64,000 nt of DNA, taken from contig CM022665.1 in the NCBI GenBank assembly GCA_012295275.1, positions 35,774,001 to 35,838,000 of the forward strand. The letters run 5' to 3'. The position numbers and the translations under genes were made by a program. This DNA is from Chrysomallon squamiferum (lineage: Eukaryota; Animalia; Mollusca). Positions 41,414 to 53,275 of this stretch are shown here, in pieces. Positions within the stretch are counted from its first letter, which is position 1. The number at the start of each line of letters is the position of its first letter. The notes under the pieces were generated by a model that searched no databases, was not told where the DNA came from, and saw only the letters and a program-made list of their open reading frames with translations.

Positions 41414-43596
41414 CAGTTGTGGGCAAACTGCGGCCCGCGAGACTTTCTGAATGGTTGTCTCCCACATGTCACACACTCAACCTTTTACACATCCAGTTAT
41501 TACACAGTTTAGGGACTGATCAAGTGAACTAACCAACTGTTTTTCTTTTAATTCAATTAATAAATACGATAATATTAAAACACTTAATAACTTAGGAAAA
41601 TATATTCTGGTACATGCAAATAAACATTCCAATTTATACTGCATGTACTTATGTATTTGATATGTGTATTTATAATCTTGGTACATATAGACTAATATTA
41701 ATTAATATACATATATTTTGACCTTTTAGTGTTACTAATTGGCTTTCTATAAGATTTTGTTATAAGTTTTGTCTGCAGTTGCTAGCCACACAATGTGCTT
41801 TTGTTTAAACTTTCAGTAAATCAGATTAACAAAATATTTGGTTTGATTGGTTGTGCATGTCACGTGATAATGGGATTGTATTAGAATGAAGATCTTTGTT
41901 GGGATTAGTGACTGGGAAATTAATAAATGTTCCAGTATTACCAGTAGTTAAACCGCTTTCAGTTACTTTTGTTTACGCGTTTTTGTTTTCTCTTTTGACT
42001 CCTTGTAAATTATGACAGAGATAAAAAAAACTAATTTTCTTTATTTAAGCCGACTGATGGTAAACAGATATTCCTCCGTTCCTGGGACTTGATACAGACG
42101 TTAGTAATATTGACCCCCCCCAAAAAAAAATGTCTGTCTTATAAAAAAAGATGTACCTTCATTTCTCATACAACTACCATGTCTAGGTTAAGACAAATAG
42201 AACAAATTCTCCTTGGTGGATTTTTATACAACAAGAGTACAATCCGACAGTCAGCGGAACACTGGTGATGTGTCACCAGAACTTGCAAAGGAAAGAGTAC
42301 AGCAGTCGGTGACTTTTTCTGAAATGTATCAAACAATATCCAAACACAAGAAGATGTGAACCGTAACCAGTTTGTAAATACTGTTACGAACGGAGCAAAG
42401 AATGAAACAACTCAAATGCACAAGAAAATCATGCTCATCCACTGGTCCACCCATCACAGTATTATCCCAAACAAGTATGATGTAAATATCGATGGCGACT
42501 GATGAGTGCTTTCTCTTGTTCAGTGACAGGGTAGAGAACAAGATCATAACTTTCTCCAAATATTGGCAGTTTGGAGCATTTCCATCAGCAATAACTATTA
42601 ACATGGATGGGACTTTCAGTCCTTAACGTTATCTTTGGTATCAAGTCAACATTCACCATGCCAGAAAGGAATCTTGAGTTTCTTTTACTATGCGATCGTC
42701 AGATAGCTACTTACAGGAGACTGTTTAATTTGCTTAAGACCCACATACTCGAGAAACTTCTCCAAGAACTCGACTGCAGACAGACTTTGAAACTGCCGCC
42801 ATCATTGCTATTCAAGCCGAGTTTCAAAATGTTGAAATCAAGGTCATTTTCGTCTTTAATGACTATATAATTGGTAACTGGGTTGACGAACATAGCAGAT
42901 TCCCTCCGAAAATAACAACACAGAGGACCCATGAACAAACGACAATCTCGAAGGATTCCGAAACAGGTTGAACCGATGCCTTCCTTCCCATCACCAAATA
43001 TTTTCCGCTTCAGTGTTGGGCCTAAGGAAAACTCAAAAGGCAGTCAAGGTAAAACTAACTATCGTGACATCGAGAATTGCAAAAGAGCCTGAAAGATCAG
43101 CTGCACCAGAGGATCAAGACACTTCTACAGTTGTTAGATGCCATTGGACATTTACTTAAACGCGGCTGAACACATTTATACACTCTATGGTCTGGTGCCA
43201 CATGTGTCCTTCATATTGCTAAATTTGATATAATAATTTATATTAATCATTTGTTATATGGTTGAATTTATAATAAATTGACGTGAATATATATTTCTGT
43301 TCTTGTTTCTTAATTGCCAGTAAGAGTGTGCTTAATTATTCCCTAAGCTCACTGTGTAACAACTACGAAGGTGTGTCAATTATTGCATGCTAGGTAGAAG
43401 GTATATAAGTAGCAGTTCATTTAACCATGACCTGTTTTAAGATGTATACAAACTGGATGTGGTACAGATGTGAGGATACATTCTGAACAGCTCGCTTAAT
43501 TTCACGAGGAAATTACCTTTATTAGTAATGCAGCCGGCCAGATAGTGAGCCAAGTTCTGATGCTGCGCAGTTTTTGAAAACGGTTGCGCATGCCTG
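41414..43596. mobile_element. hAT (Charlie/Buster-type) non-autonomous element carrying a nested MULE
   Basis: Ends CAGTTGTGGGCAAACT / (rc) CAGGCATGCGCAACCG. 8-bp TSD CTTTAAAT (41406-41413) / CTTTAAAC (43597-43604). A single CTTTAAAC empty site is present in duplicate copy A at 38547-38554. Confidence 0.75.
41437..43495 (+). mobile_element. Degenerate Mutator-like (MULE) DNA transposon with pseudogenised transposase
   Basis: Frameshifted remnants at ~42590-43010: MDGTF, LLCDRQIATYRRLFNLLK, DFETAAIIAIQAEFQNVEIK, TNDNLEGFRNRLNR..HHQIF (MULE DDE motifs). Degenerate TIRs GCGAG..TGAATG..CACAT..CACATCCAGTT at both ends. Confidence 0.75.
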
Positions 43597-45029
43597 CTTT
43601 AAACTATCCTGGACCGGTAATTCACGCAGTAATCGATAGGTCGCAATGGGTATAGGTTGCGTAGGTGATTAAATTACATCCACGCATTTATCTTTATATC
43701 TTTTAAGGTTATTTGCAGTTTAACAGTGTTATTCCGTTAAGTCAAAGATCTGTTGTATTTGGTTAGCAAATAATGAAACTTGTTTGTCTTCTTCGTCGAC
43801 CAAGGATTACTGTAATAAAGGAAGGAATATTTTATTTAACTCAACACTTTTGTAACTGACATTTTATGAAATGTCACACATATGATTAAGAACTGTACGA
43901 AAGAGCAAATGAGGCTTTTCACATCAACTAGTAGTAAGGGATATTAAATATATAAGCACTTTCCACAGACAGTAAACGAGTTTTTGAAAAGTTGTTGTGA
44001 CGTGAAGTAATATAATGTGTGCACTGAGCTGTACTGATCTCTCGACCCATAAAAGTTTCAGCTCTGCGCTAATGAAAAATTAAATAATCTGACTATAGAA
44101 TACGTTCACATTCTCCTGACGCTGATGATATATTAATTTACATATGCACACAAGTCAAAAAAAAAAAAAAAAAAAAAAAATCAAACAAACAGGTATCACT
44201 GAAAACACTGAATAGAAAAAGCAGAAAAGCAAAAACCGTACAGCTAAAAATAAAAACAAAATAAATAAATTATGGAAGTCTTTGAGTACGTTTATTTTCA
44301 CAGAACTATTTTACTTTTGTCTCAGAATCATTATTTGTTAAACATTATATATAGAAATACACTTTTCACTCAACATATACAGAGAATCATTCAATACAGC
44401 GTGTGTGAAAATAATTGTCTAACATTTCAATGAATACAGTATTTGCCTGCAATGAATAACGACTTCCTGAAACCTTATTTTTTTGACTTTTTATACATAT
44501 ATGTGTGTGTGTATAAAACTATGCATACATGCATCTGTACGTGTGTGTATGTATGTATATATGCATCTATGTATGTAACTGTGTGTATAATTCTGCTTTT
44601 GTATTTCTATATAACGAGAACAGTGAACTATTGAACATACACAAAATTAATCATTTACTTAGATTAACCTTTTTGCAGACTTGTTCGAAATCGAGTTTTG
44701 AATTATTTTACTGAATTCATTTAATACTTTTTTTAAAACAAAATGCTCTTAAAACATATCGAATATAATAAATCTGAATGTTACTTACTCATCGTATCAA
44801 AATGTATTAGAAAAGAAAGAAGCTTTGTCAGCGACTAAACCTAACCGTATTAGACACGAACGAAAAAGTAAAATGACATAAAAAGCATTTACTTATGTTT
44901 TAATTAATTTATTTTTTAACGTTTTCATTTTAGCAATGGAACAGAAGCACACAAAAACAATCAATTATTTCGTGTGTTAAAAATAAAATGAATAAACATA
45001 TTTATCTTAGAGTTATCTGCTTGTCTGAA

Positions 45030-45110
45030 AAGAGATGCGTCTGTCCAGCCTCAGACACCTTCAACAGAATCAGAAGCTGAAATCAAGAAATATGGTTTTG
45101 ACTGCATAAT
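45030..45110 (-). pseudogene. Short C-type lectin gene fragment (WIG/WTDGS region)
   Basis: Minus strand reads IMQSKPYFLISASDSVEGV*GWTDASL, matching IIQSKP...FWIGASDSAEEGVWRWTDGSL of the 36.2-kb gene. Confidence 0.65.
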
Positions 45111-45399
45111 AAACATTGAAATACAATAAGATATACATCTCAGATATTTTATTGATATTTAAACTCTAAAATTCACATATGTTAAATGAAGAATTTCTTT
45201 TTACAATATCATCATTGTTATATTTCAACTTCACATATAAATATCGTTTACAAGTGAAAGGATCATTCCACTGACAAAGAATCAATTTGGATAAACTGCC
45301 ATTTTGATTACCTGTCACTTGGACAACAGGTTGTATTAAAAATAATATTTAAAAAAATTAATCAAACATTGATATACTGTGAAGCACACTTTTCTTCTT

Positions 45400-46085
45400 T
45401 ACCAATATAATTTGTAATTTCACAAAATTCTTCTGCTGAAATGGTGGTCCCAAATTTAAAACTGATCTTTATTCATTGATACATAGTGTTTGTCCTCTTA
45501 AATGTTATTTGTGTTTCCAGAAGTCTAATTCGTGAAGTTGACAAGAGATCTGTCTGTCCGGCACCATACACCTTCCTGAACAAAGTCATCAGTTCCAATC
45601 CAGAAACGCTCTACCTTCTCCATTTCTGGATCAGAATTAATGAAGCTCTCAACTGTTTTTGTTTCTTTGAACAATTAATCTTTATCAGATGTCCACCGTC
45701 TTGTTCACATGCTTCTTCGGCCTCTGACCATAAGATCATATTCAAGTAAAATTTGTAAAATATTCCAGAACGTAAGGACCACGAGTAACCCGAATACGTC
45801 TCGAAAATACACTTTTGTGAAAAGAATCCTTTGTCGTTGTGACTGATACAAATATGTGACTTAGCTACATCAACACATACAGTGTTGTTTGTACATGACA
45901 AAATGGCGTTTTCATTAATAGTACCATTCTTTTTCTTATCACAAGTACTTTTTTCACTAGAAATGGACATCGTAGTACAAATTCTAGACATCATGTCGTA
46001 ACTGAAAGAAGCACATGACGTCGTCTGTCGACATAACTGATTACACTGGTAGACATTCTTTGTATAACGTTTCATTATCGGGTCA
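45400..46085 (-). pseudogene. PAN-EGF-C-type lectin pseudogene (subtype B), 5'-truncated, with frameshift and stops
   Basis: DPIMKRYTKNVYQCNQLCRQTTSCASFSYD...EACEQDGGHLIKINC, then frameshifted RFWIGTDDFVQEGVWCRTDRSLVNF with in-frame stops, ending FCEIT. No signal peptide. Confidence 0.85.
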
Positions 46086-46710
46086 TAGATGTATCTGTTC
46101 AAGATGTACTAACCATGTCTACTGAAACAATGCTAAAAGAAACATAAGAGTTTTCATTTTGTTTATGTTTTCAGTATCAACACAACTACAAATGTTAATC
46201 ATCTAACTTAAGTTGAAATTTATTATTGAAATGTTTATTTTAAGCATAGGAATGACTTGAATGATTGATCAGCATCTTTTGGTTGTATGTTTTTGTCTTA
46301 AATACACGAATCGCTAGACTTATTTTAATCATTCACTACTTATGTCAGTTCTGTTTATGAATTACGTTTGCTAGTGCAATTATGTCAGACATTACTGATA
46401 TATATACGGTTGACTGTCCTTTGAAAGTAAATACATTCATACACTACAAAGAATATTTTTGTTGAGTAACCATGTTATTATTTAACCGGGAAATGCAAAG
46501 GTGTTTTTTCTTTTTCTCTCAAAGACTAAAAAAAGTTAACATTAATTTGCTTCATATTCTGATGTAGCAAATAAATGTATTTACGTTGCAATAAACGTTC
46601 GAAGTCCGAAATAATCCACAGATCCAGCTTCACAGTATTATAAAGAAAGTTTAAGGATAAAATCAATTATTATATTTCTGTAATAGACCATTTATTTTTA
46701 TGGAGACATT

Positions 46711-47550
46711 TCATATTGTAATTTCACAAATTACTCCACACTGTCTCCTACTAAGCCTATCATTCCATTTGTAAGACATTAATTTTTCCATTGTGGCGTA
46801 ATCTTTTTCAGGCAAATTACTGTCAGGTTTTCCTGGTTGCCAGTAAGAGAAGTCTACCAGAGATCCGTCTGTCCAGCGCCACACACCTTCTTCAGCAGAA
46901 TCATCCGCTCCAATCCAGAAACAGTCCACGTCTTCTAGTTCTGATTTCGACCGAATGATGCTTGTAATGCTGTTTTGTTTGCTCAAACTGTCAATCTTTA
47001 TCCGATGACTACCATCTTGCTGACATGTATCATCAGCGTCTACCCATTTAAGACTGGCTGTTTGGAATTTGTAACACATTTCGCAGACTTTGTCCCACGT
47101 GAAGCCATCATGACTTTGACAACGATCTTCAACCGAAATGATCTCCTTCTTCTTGTCGTCTTGACTAACACACAAATATGACATACCAGCATCTGTACAA
47201 ACAGTTTTAATTGGACAGGAATGATCTTTGCATTTGGAACCCGATGGTACAATCTGTAGGTCAAGAACGTTGGTGTAGATCATGCTGGCGTGATGTTGGA
47301 AGGTTTTTCCTTCAACAGATGTCGACATTAATGTACAAACTCTGGTGGACAAGTCGAAACTGAAAGAAGCACACGACGTCGTCTGTCGACATATCTGATT
47401 ACACTGGTAGACGTTCTTTGTAGAACGTTTCAGAATTTCGACACGGTCTATTATATTTCCTTTCTTCCATCCGTCATACTCTTTCAGTAGATGTCCTTCC
47501 GTGAAAACGACCTTCACAGTTAAAACTAAGAAGAAGATTAATGCTTCCAT
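46711..47550 (-). CDS. Secreted PAN/apple + EGF-like + C-type lectin protein (279 aa from the likely start; ORF extends in frame to 47619), left palindrome arm
   Basis: MEALIFFLVLTVKVVFT signal peptide at the second Met (agtATGG). PAN CNQICRQTTSCASFSFDLSTRVC. CTLD with FWIG, EGVWRWTDGS, WQPGKPD, WND, ICE. Confidence 0.9.
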   Translation of the reverse strand: MEALIFFLVLTVKVVFTEGHLLKEYDGWKKGNIIDRVEILKRSTKNVYQCNQICRQTTSCASFSFDLSTRVCTLMSTSVEGKTFQHHASMIYTNVLDLQIVPSGSKCKDHSCPIKTVCTDAGMSYLCVSQDDKKKEIISVEDRCQSHDGFTWDKVCEMCYKFQTASLKWVDADDTCQQDGSHRIKIDSLSKQNSITSIIRSKSELEDVDCFWIGADDSAEEGVWRWTDGSLVDFSYWQPGKPDSNLPEKDYATMEKLMSYKWNDRLSRRQCGVICEITI

Positions 47551-48669
47551 ACTTTCTGCAAATTTTCCTTTTCGCAGATGAAAACTGATGCGCACCTGAG
47601 ATGATGCCGTGTGTTGCATGTGCGTCTTCCTCGCGATCTAAACTGGAATATCGATGATATCAGCACTGTGAAGCAAGGCTGTTGTAAATGTCATAACCTG
47701 TCTGAATGATGAGATGAGAAAATGGGTACCTTCTTTTGATCTTTGATTTGTAAAGCTTCTCTTTTGTCAGTTATTTTAAATAGCATTCCGCAGTTATAAA
47801 GCTCATCCTAAATTATTTTAACCCATTCCCTGGTAATCTACAACGCCAGGATATTAATAATAATAATAATAAATGTATACATAAATATATAAATATATTT
47901 TACAATTCACAATAATAAATTCGACTCATCTACAAAGAACATTTACTATTTTAGTGTCGTCTTTATTTTTTCAGAAAATCTATTATAGTGCAGAAAATTT
48001 AACGAAATATAAATAATTGATTTCAAGCATTAAAAGAAAACAAAAATCGTTAATACTTTCCATGTTATAACATTAAAAAAATGACAATAAATAAAACAAT
48101 AAATGCGCCAAAAAGATAATTAATCCGCGAGGATATTCTAAAATAAAATAACTCTTACATTTTTCTATGTGTCTGTCTTCTTCTCGCTGTCTGTCTGTCT
48201 GCTTCACTAATACCATAATTTCAGCAAAATGAAAAGTGAGTATGTAAACTGAATTACTATATTATTAATGATTATTGAGCACTAATGATTATTTTTGTCA
48301 CTGAACACTTTGAAATAAGCAACAGCTGTATGAATTTCGTTTTAGTTTTTGATAGAAAAAGTTAGCAACAGAAACAGAGATCAGTTATTTCCAGATGAAT
48401 TTTCACAGCATGATTTTTAAAAGAAATATATTTTTTCAAAAGTTAAATTTTACGACAAAAAATGTATAATAACAATAATAATAAATAAAAAATGAAAACA
48501 AAAATAGATATCCACACATTCTAAAGGAACGTCCGTATGTATTTAAACATTATATCGGTTTTAATGTGAAATGATCATCTAATTAATACGTTCACGTAAT
48601 GCGTTCAGTATATCGATAACTGTTTTTTATAATATAGTATAAGTCTTATAATATTAATGTACAGGTATA

Positions 48670-48795
48670 TCCACAAATCATTTGTTGAGGCATCGATAAA
48701 TTAATTGTTGAATATATCTATAAATTATTCGTTTAGAATATTTACGAATTATTTGTTGAAAATATCCATAAATTATTTACTGAATATATCTATAG
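48670..48795. repeat. Degenerate ~24-bp minisatellite in the palindrome spacer
   Basis: Unit approx. ATTTGTTGAAAATATCCATAAATT. Confidence 0.6.
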
Positions 48796-49061
48796 GTTTG
48801 TCAACAATAACTCACTGTCTGTTAACTAATACAGTTTCATTCCTACACAGGAAGTTTGATAAACTGAATGCATAATCTGATTAACAGATAACTCCCATAC
48901 TCCATGTTGAGTCTGGGTTTGCCGCAAACGCAAAATACAACTATAATTCATTAACAATGAACAGAAGAATTTCTCATTCTGTACAACTACAGGCCTTCGA
49001 TTTTTTTTTAGAAAGGTTTACAAGAAACATCTCTTTTTAAAATTTTCGAAAACATATTTTA

Positions 49062-49098
<37 letters not shown>

Positions 49099-49789
49099 TT
49101 TATTACTGATTTACTGATTTGTTGATTTATTTATTTTCATTCCGTAAAATCTAACATTAAATATATGTATATATATTTTTTTCTGTTAAAGATCATGCCA
49201 TTAACACTCGTCATTTGGAAATAACTGATTTGTTTTTTCCTTGGTAATGTTTTCTATTAACTGAAATGAAAACAGCTGTTGTTTATTTCAAAGTTTTCTA
49301 TAAAAAAAAAAAAATCATACATGCTCATTAATCGTTAATAATATACTAATTCAGTTTATATATTTACATTTCATTTTGGCTTTTGAGATTAGTGAAAAGT
49401 GATAAAGAATAGGCAAACAGGCAGAGAGAGAGAGAGCGAGAAGTGTTTTATTTTATTTTGGAATATCTCCATGGACTAATTATCTTTCTGGTGCATTGTT
49501 TTTGTATTATAACATTGTAAGTTTTAACGATTTGTGTTTTGTTGTAAAGGTTAAAATCAATTATTTCTCGTTATATTTTCTGAATCATGATAGATTTTCT
49601 GAAGAAAAAAAAACGACAACACAAAAACAACTTAGAGACAACACTATAACAAAAAGTAATAAACGTCCTTTGTAGAAGGATCCATTTATTATTATGAATC
49701 TGAAAATATTTTTTAGTATACATATATTTATTCCATGACAAAGAACTCTCCTTGGTTCTCTGGCAGAAGTGAAAAGTTCGGAAGCAAAT

Positions 49790-50100
49790 GTAAACGTATG
49801 TAAAGTGATTTATTTAGAAATGTATGTACAGCAATTTATTTAAAGACGTATATAATTTATTTAAAAACGTATGCAAAATTATTTATTAAAAGATGTATGT
49901 AGAGTGATTTATGTAAAAATGTATAAAGGGATTTATGTAAAAATGTGTAGAGGAATTTATGTAAAGACATTTGTAAAATCATTTATTTAAAGTCGTATGT
50001 ATAAAGATTTATTTAAAGACGTAATATGATTTATTTATAAAGTATGTAATATGATCTGTTTAAAGACATATACAGGGTGATTATTTAAAGATGTATGCAA
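49790..50100. repeat. Degenerate ~24-26-bp minisatellite, ~12 copies, present only in the right inner arm
   Basis: Unit approx. ATTTATTTAAAGACGTATGTAAAGTG. Confidence 0.75.
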
Positions 50101-50666
50101 GTTCGTTTACGTTTTTAACACAGTGAGCTTTTTAGAAAATAATGGACCCGGGTCATCCGTGTAAAATAACTGACAAAGAGAAGCATTAAAAAATCGAAGA
50201 TCAAAAGCAGTCACACATTGTATCTCAGATCACCATTCAGACATAAACTGTGATTTGACGAATTAGTCATGTTAACATCGATCCTGATTGGAATGGCATT
50301 ATTATCGTTATGCATTGACATATTAACAACTATGCGAACCTAAATTTCTAAAGATGACGAAGTAACTATTCAATTAAAAAATACTTCCTAATTCTGAAAT
50401 AATTTTATTTTTGCTTCTGATGTTTTATTCAGTCCACATTATTAAAAAAACAACAAAAAACACTATGCAATACTTTTGAAAACAAGAAAAACACAATCTG
50501 AAATTTTATATCAAACATATTTATGACATTTACAACAGCCTTGCTTCACAGTGCTGATATCATCGATATTCCAGTTTAGATCGCGAGGAAGACGCACATG
50601 CAACACACGGCATCATCTCAGGTGCGCATCAGTTTTCATCTGCGAAAAGGAAAATTTGCAGAAAGT

Positions 50667-51506
50667 ATGGAAGCATTAATCTTCTTCTTAGTTTTAACTG
50701 TGAAGGTCGTTTTCACGGAAGGACATCTACTGAAAGAGTATGACGGATGGAAGAAAGGAAATATAATAGACCGTGTCGAAATTCTGAAACGTTCTACAAA
50801 GAACGTCTACCAGTGTAATCAGATATGTCGACAGACGACGTCGTGTGCTTCTTTCAGTTTCGACTTGTCCACCAGAGTTTGTACATTAATGTCGACATCT
50901 GTTGAAGGAAAAACCTTCCAACATCACGCCAGCATGATCTACACCAACGTTCTTGACCTACAGATTGTACCATCGGGTTCCAAATGCAAAGATCATTCCT
51001 GTCCAATTAAAACTGTTTGTACAGATGCTGGTATGTCATATTTGTGTGTTAGTCAAGACGACAAGAAGAAGGAGATCATTTCGGTTGAAGATCGTTGTCA
51101 AAGTCATGATGGCTTCACGTGGGACAAAGTCTGCGAAATGTGTTACAAATTCCAAACAGCCAGTCTTAAATGGGTAGACGCTGATGATACATGTCAGCAA
51201 GATGGTAGTCATCGGATAAAGATTGACAGTTTGAGCAAACAAAACAGCATTACAAGCATCATTCGGTCGAAATCAGAACTAGAAGACGTGGACTGTTTCT
51301 GGATTGGAGCGGATGATTCTGCTGAAGAAGGTGTGTGGCGCTGGACAGACGGATCTCTGGTAGACTTCTCTTACTGGCAACCAGGAAAACCTGACAGTAA
51401 TTTGCCTCAGAAAGATTACGCCACAATGGAAAAATTAATGTCTTACAAATGGAATGATAGGCTTAGTAGGAGACAGTGTGGAGTAATTTGTGAAATTACA
51501 ATATGA
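50667..51506 (+). CDS. Secreted PAN/apple + EGF-like + C-type lectin protein (279 aa; ORF extends in frame from 50598), right palindrome arm
   Basis: Identical to the 46.7-47.6 kb gene except E->Q (GAA vs CAG at 51408-51410). AATAAA at ~51521. Confidence 0.9.
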   Translation: MEALIFFLVLTVKVVFTEGHLLKEYDGWKKGNIIDRVEILKRSTKNVYQCNQICRQTTSCASFSFDLSTRVCTLMSTSVEGKTFQHHASMIYTNVLDLQIVPSGSKCKDHSCPIKTVCTDAGMSYLCVSQDDKKKEIISVEDRCQSHDGFTWDKVCEMCYKFQTASLKWVDADDTCQQDGSHRIKIDSLSKQNSITSIIRSKSELEDVDCFWIGADDSAEEGVWRWTDGSLVDFSYWQPGKPDSNLPQKDYATMEKLMSYKWNDRLSRRQCGVICEITI

Positions 51507-52414
51507 AATGTCTCCATAAAAATAAATGGTCTATTACAGAAATATAATAATTGATTTTATCCTTAAACTTTCTTTATAATACTGTGAAGCTGGATCTGTG
51601 GATTATTTCGGACTTCGAACGTTTATTGCAACGTAAATACATTTATTTGCTACATCAGAATATAAAACAATTTAATATTAATTATTTTTAGTCTCTGAGA
51701 TAAAAATTCATTAAAAATTTTGTTCTTAATATTTTCTTAGAGATTGCTTCGAAAATGTTTTGTTTTGCTGTTTATATAAGTCTCGAAATACTGTTGTTTG
51801 TAATATAATAAAATACGATATAAATTAGTGACAGATTTCAAGAATTATAAATGAACATATAAAATACTAAAATTTGAATATTTTTGTTCTGTATTTTATT
51901 TTATTATCATTTTTATTTTAAACTGATGTTCGATTATACTAAGGTATTTTTATTCTTTAATTTATTTTATTTTATTTTAATTCTTCTTCATCTTATTATT
52001 ATGCTGTTTTTATATACTGATTTAAGTTAGTGATTATCTATGATGTTTTATTTCCTTTTCTATTTTTAGTTATTATTGTTATTATTATTATTATTATTAA
52101 TTTTTTTTTTAATAGTATGCGGACCTGAAACTTTAATGTTAGGATCAACTACAAGACTGAATATATGTTTTGACCACAGACATCTTAGTAAAGAATGATT
52201 AGGTCTGTTTTATCAACACACCAAACATATTTCATAGTTTGTACGTGCATCACGCAGTTGCTCCAAACGTGTTTGCGGTGACATTCTCGATTTTGGCAAC
52301 TTCCAGGAAGATCGATTAATCTCTGTGGAATATTATTTCCGACAATCATTTTCATTTTGTTGATCATACAGTTGTTATTGTAATTTGTATTCTTTGATGT
52401 GGAACGGCACATGC

Positions 52415-53275
52415 AATGCGATGAGCGTCTACTGGCCATTGCATTCTAAATGCGGATGCAAGTCAGCGTGAGGTTGCCAGCACCTTCAGTGTTTCGATGT
52501 TAGTGATTAGCAGTCTGTGGATCAGATACCAACAAATCCAAACTGTGGGCGATAGACCCCATTCAGGGCGTCCCAGGAGCACGGGGTCGATTCATTTGTA
52601 GTCAGGCTCTAAGCAATCGAACTCAGACTTCTTGTGTTCAACATACGGCTCAGACGATTACAAATCATCTTCATGCTCGACGGCCCTGGGATGTGTCTTT
52701 CATGACAGATCGTCACATTGTACACAGAAGTGAATCGTATAGGGAGCGCCAGAACTGGAGGATTCGTCGCTGGTCACATGTCATATTTTCAGACGAGTCC
52801 TTATCCACTTTAAAATTCCTTGACAGTGCGATTTCATGGCAGGTTTGGCGTGGATCGGTTATGGTTATCACTATAACTATCAGAAGAACCTCCCCTCCAT
52901 ACTGGGCAAGGAAGAGTCACTGGGCAGTACTACCGGGACAACACAAAAACACCCTTTACTCTATATGTGGAACGACGTTTTTTTTTTTTTTTTTTTTTTT
53001 AAGACACTGCCCATGCTTACCGTGTACGAATCGTCAATGCTCACCTCCAGCAGCACAACATCTACCCAGCGCCAAGAGCTTAGACCTTTCCCCCACTGAA
53101 CGCGTCTGGAATATGATAGGGAGACATGTGCGTCGACGTGAAAGAGAATCACGTTAGCGAAACTTTATCAGTCGCTGAAAGAGGAGTGGAACAGACTCAC
53201 TCAAATGGCCACTGGAAGACTCATTCGACTGAATGATATCTTACAAAATATTTGGTGGTCATAAAATCTACTGTA
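52415..53275 (+). mobile_element. Degenerate Tc1/mariner transposase remnant
   Basis: Frameshifted motifs QREVASTFSVS, LWIRYQQIQTVGDRPHSGRPR (HTH/GRPR), RRWSHVIFSDES, GSVMV, AKSLDLSPTERVWNMIGRHVR (SPDLNPIE-like), GGHKIY. TIRs not recognised. Confidence 0.85.

Larger units (their letters stand above)
39830..44470 (+). repeat. Tandem segmental duplication, copy B, interrupted by a nested hAT/MULE insertion
   Basis: Homology to copy A stops at 41413 and resumes at 43597. Confidence 0.85.
46554..51663. repeat. Large inverted duplication (palindrome): near-identical arms 46554-47696 and 50521-51663; diverged inner arms to ~48430/~49170
   Basis: Mirror coordinates sum to 98217 throughout the identical part. 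Diverged inverted homology continues inside (e.g. 47745-47778 vs 50163-50200; 47910-48070 vs 49507-49695; 48300-48430 vs 49170-49300). Confidence 0.92.

Noticed and set aside
46554-51663. Palindrome as a pure assembly fold-back artefact
   Set aside because: Diverged inner and outer homology, arm-specific insertions and a two-base codon difference are not expected from a fold-back, though long-read confirmation is still needed.
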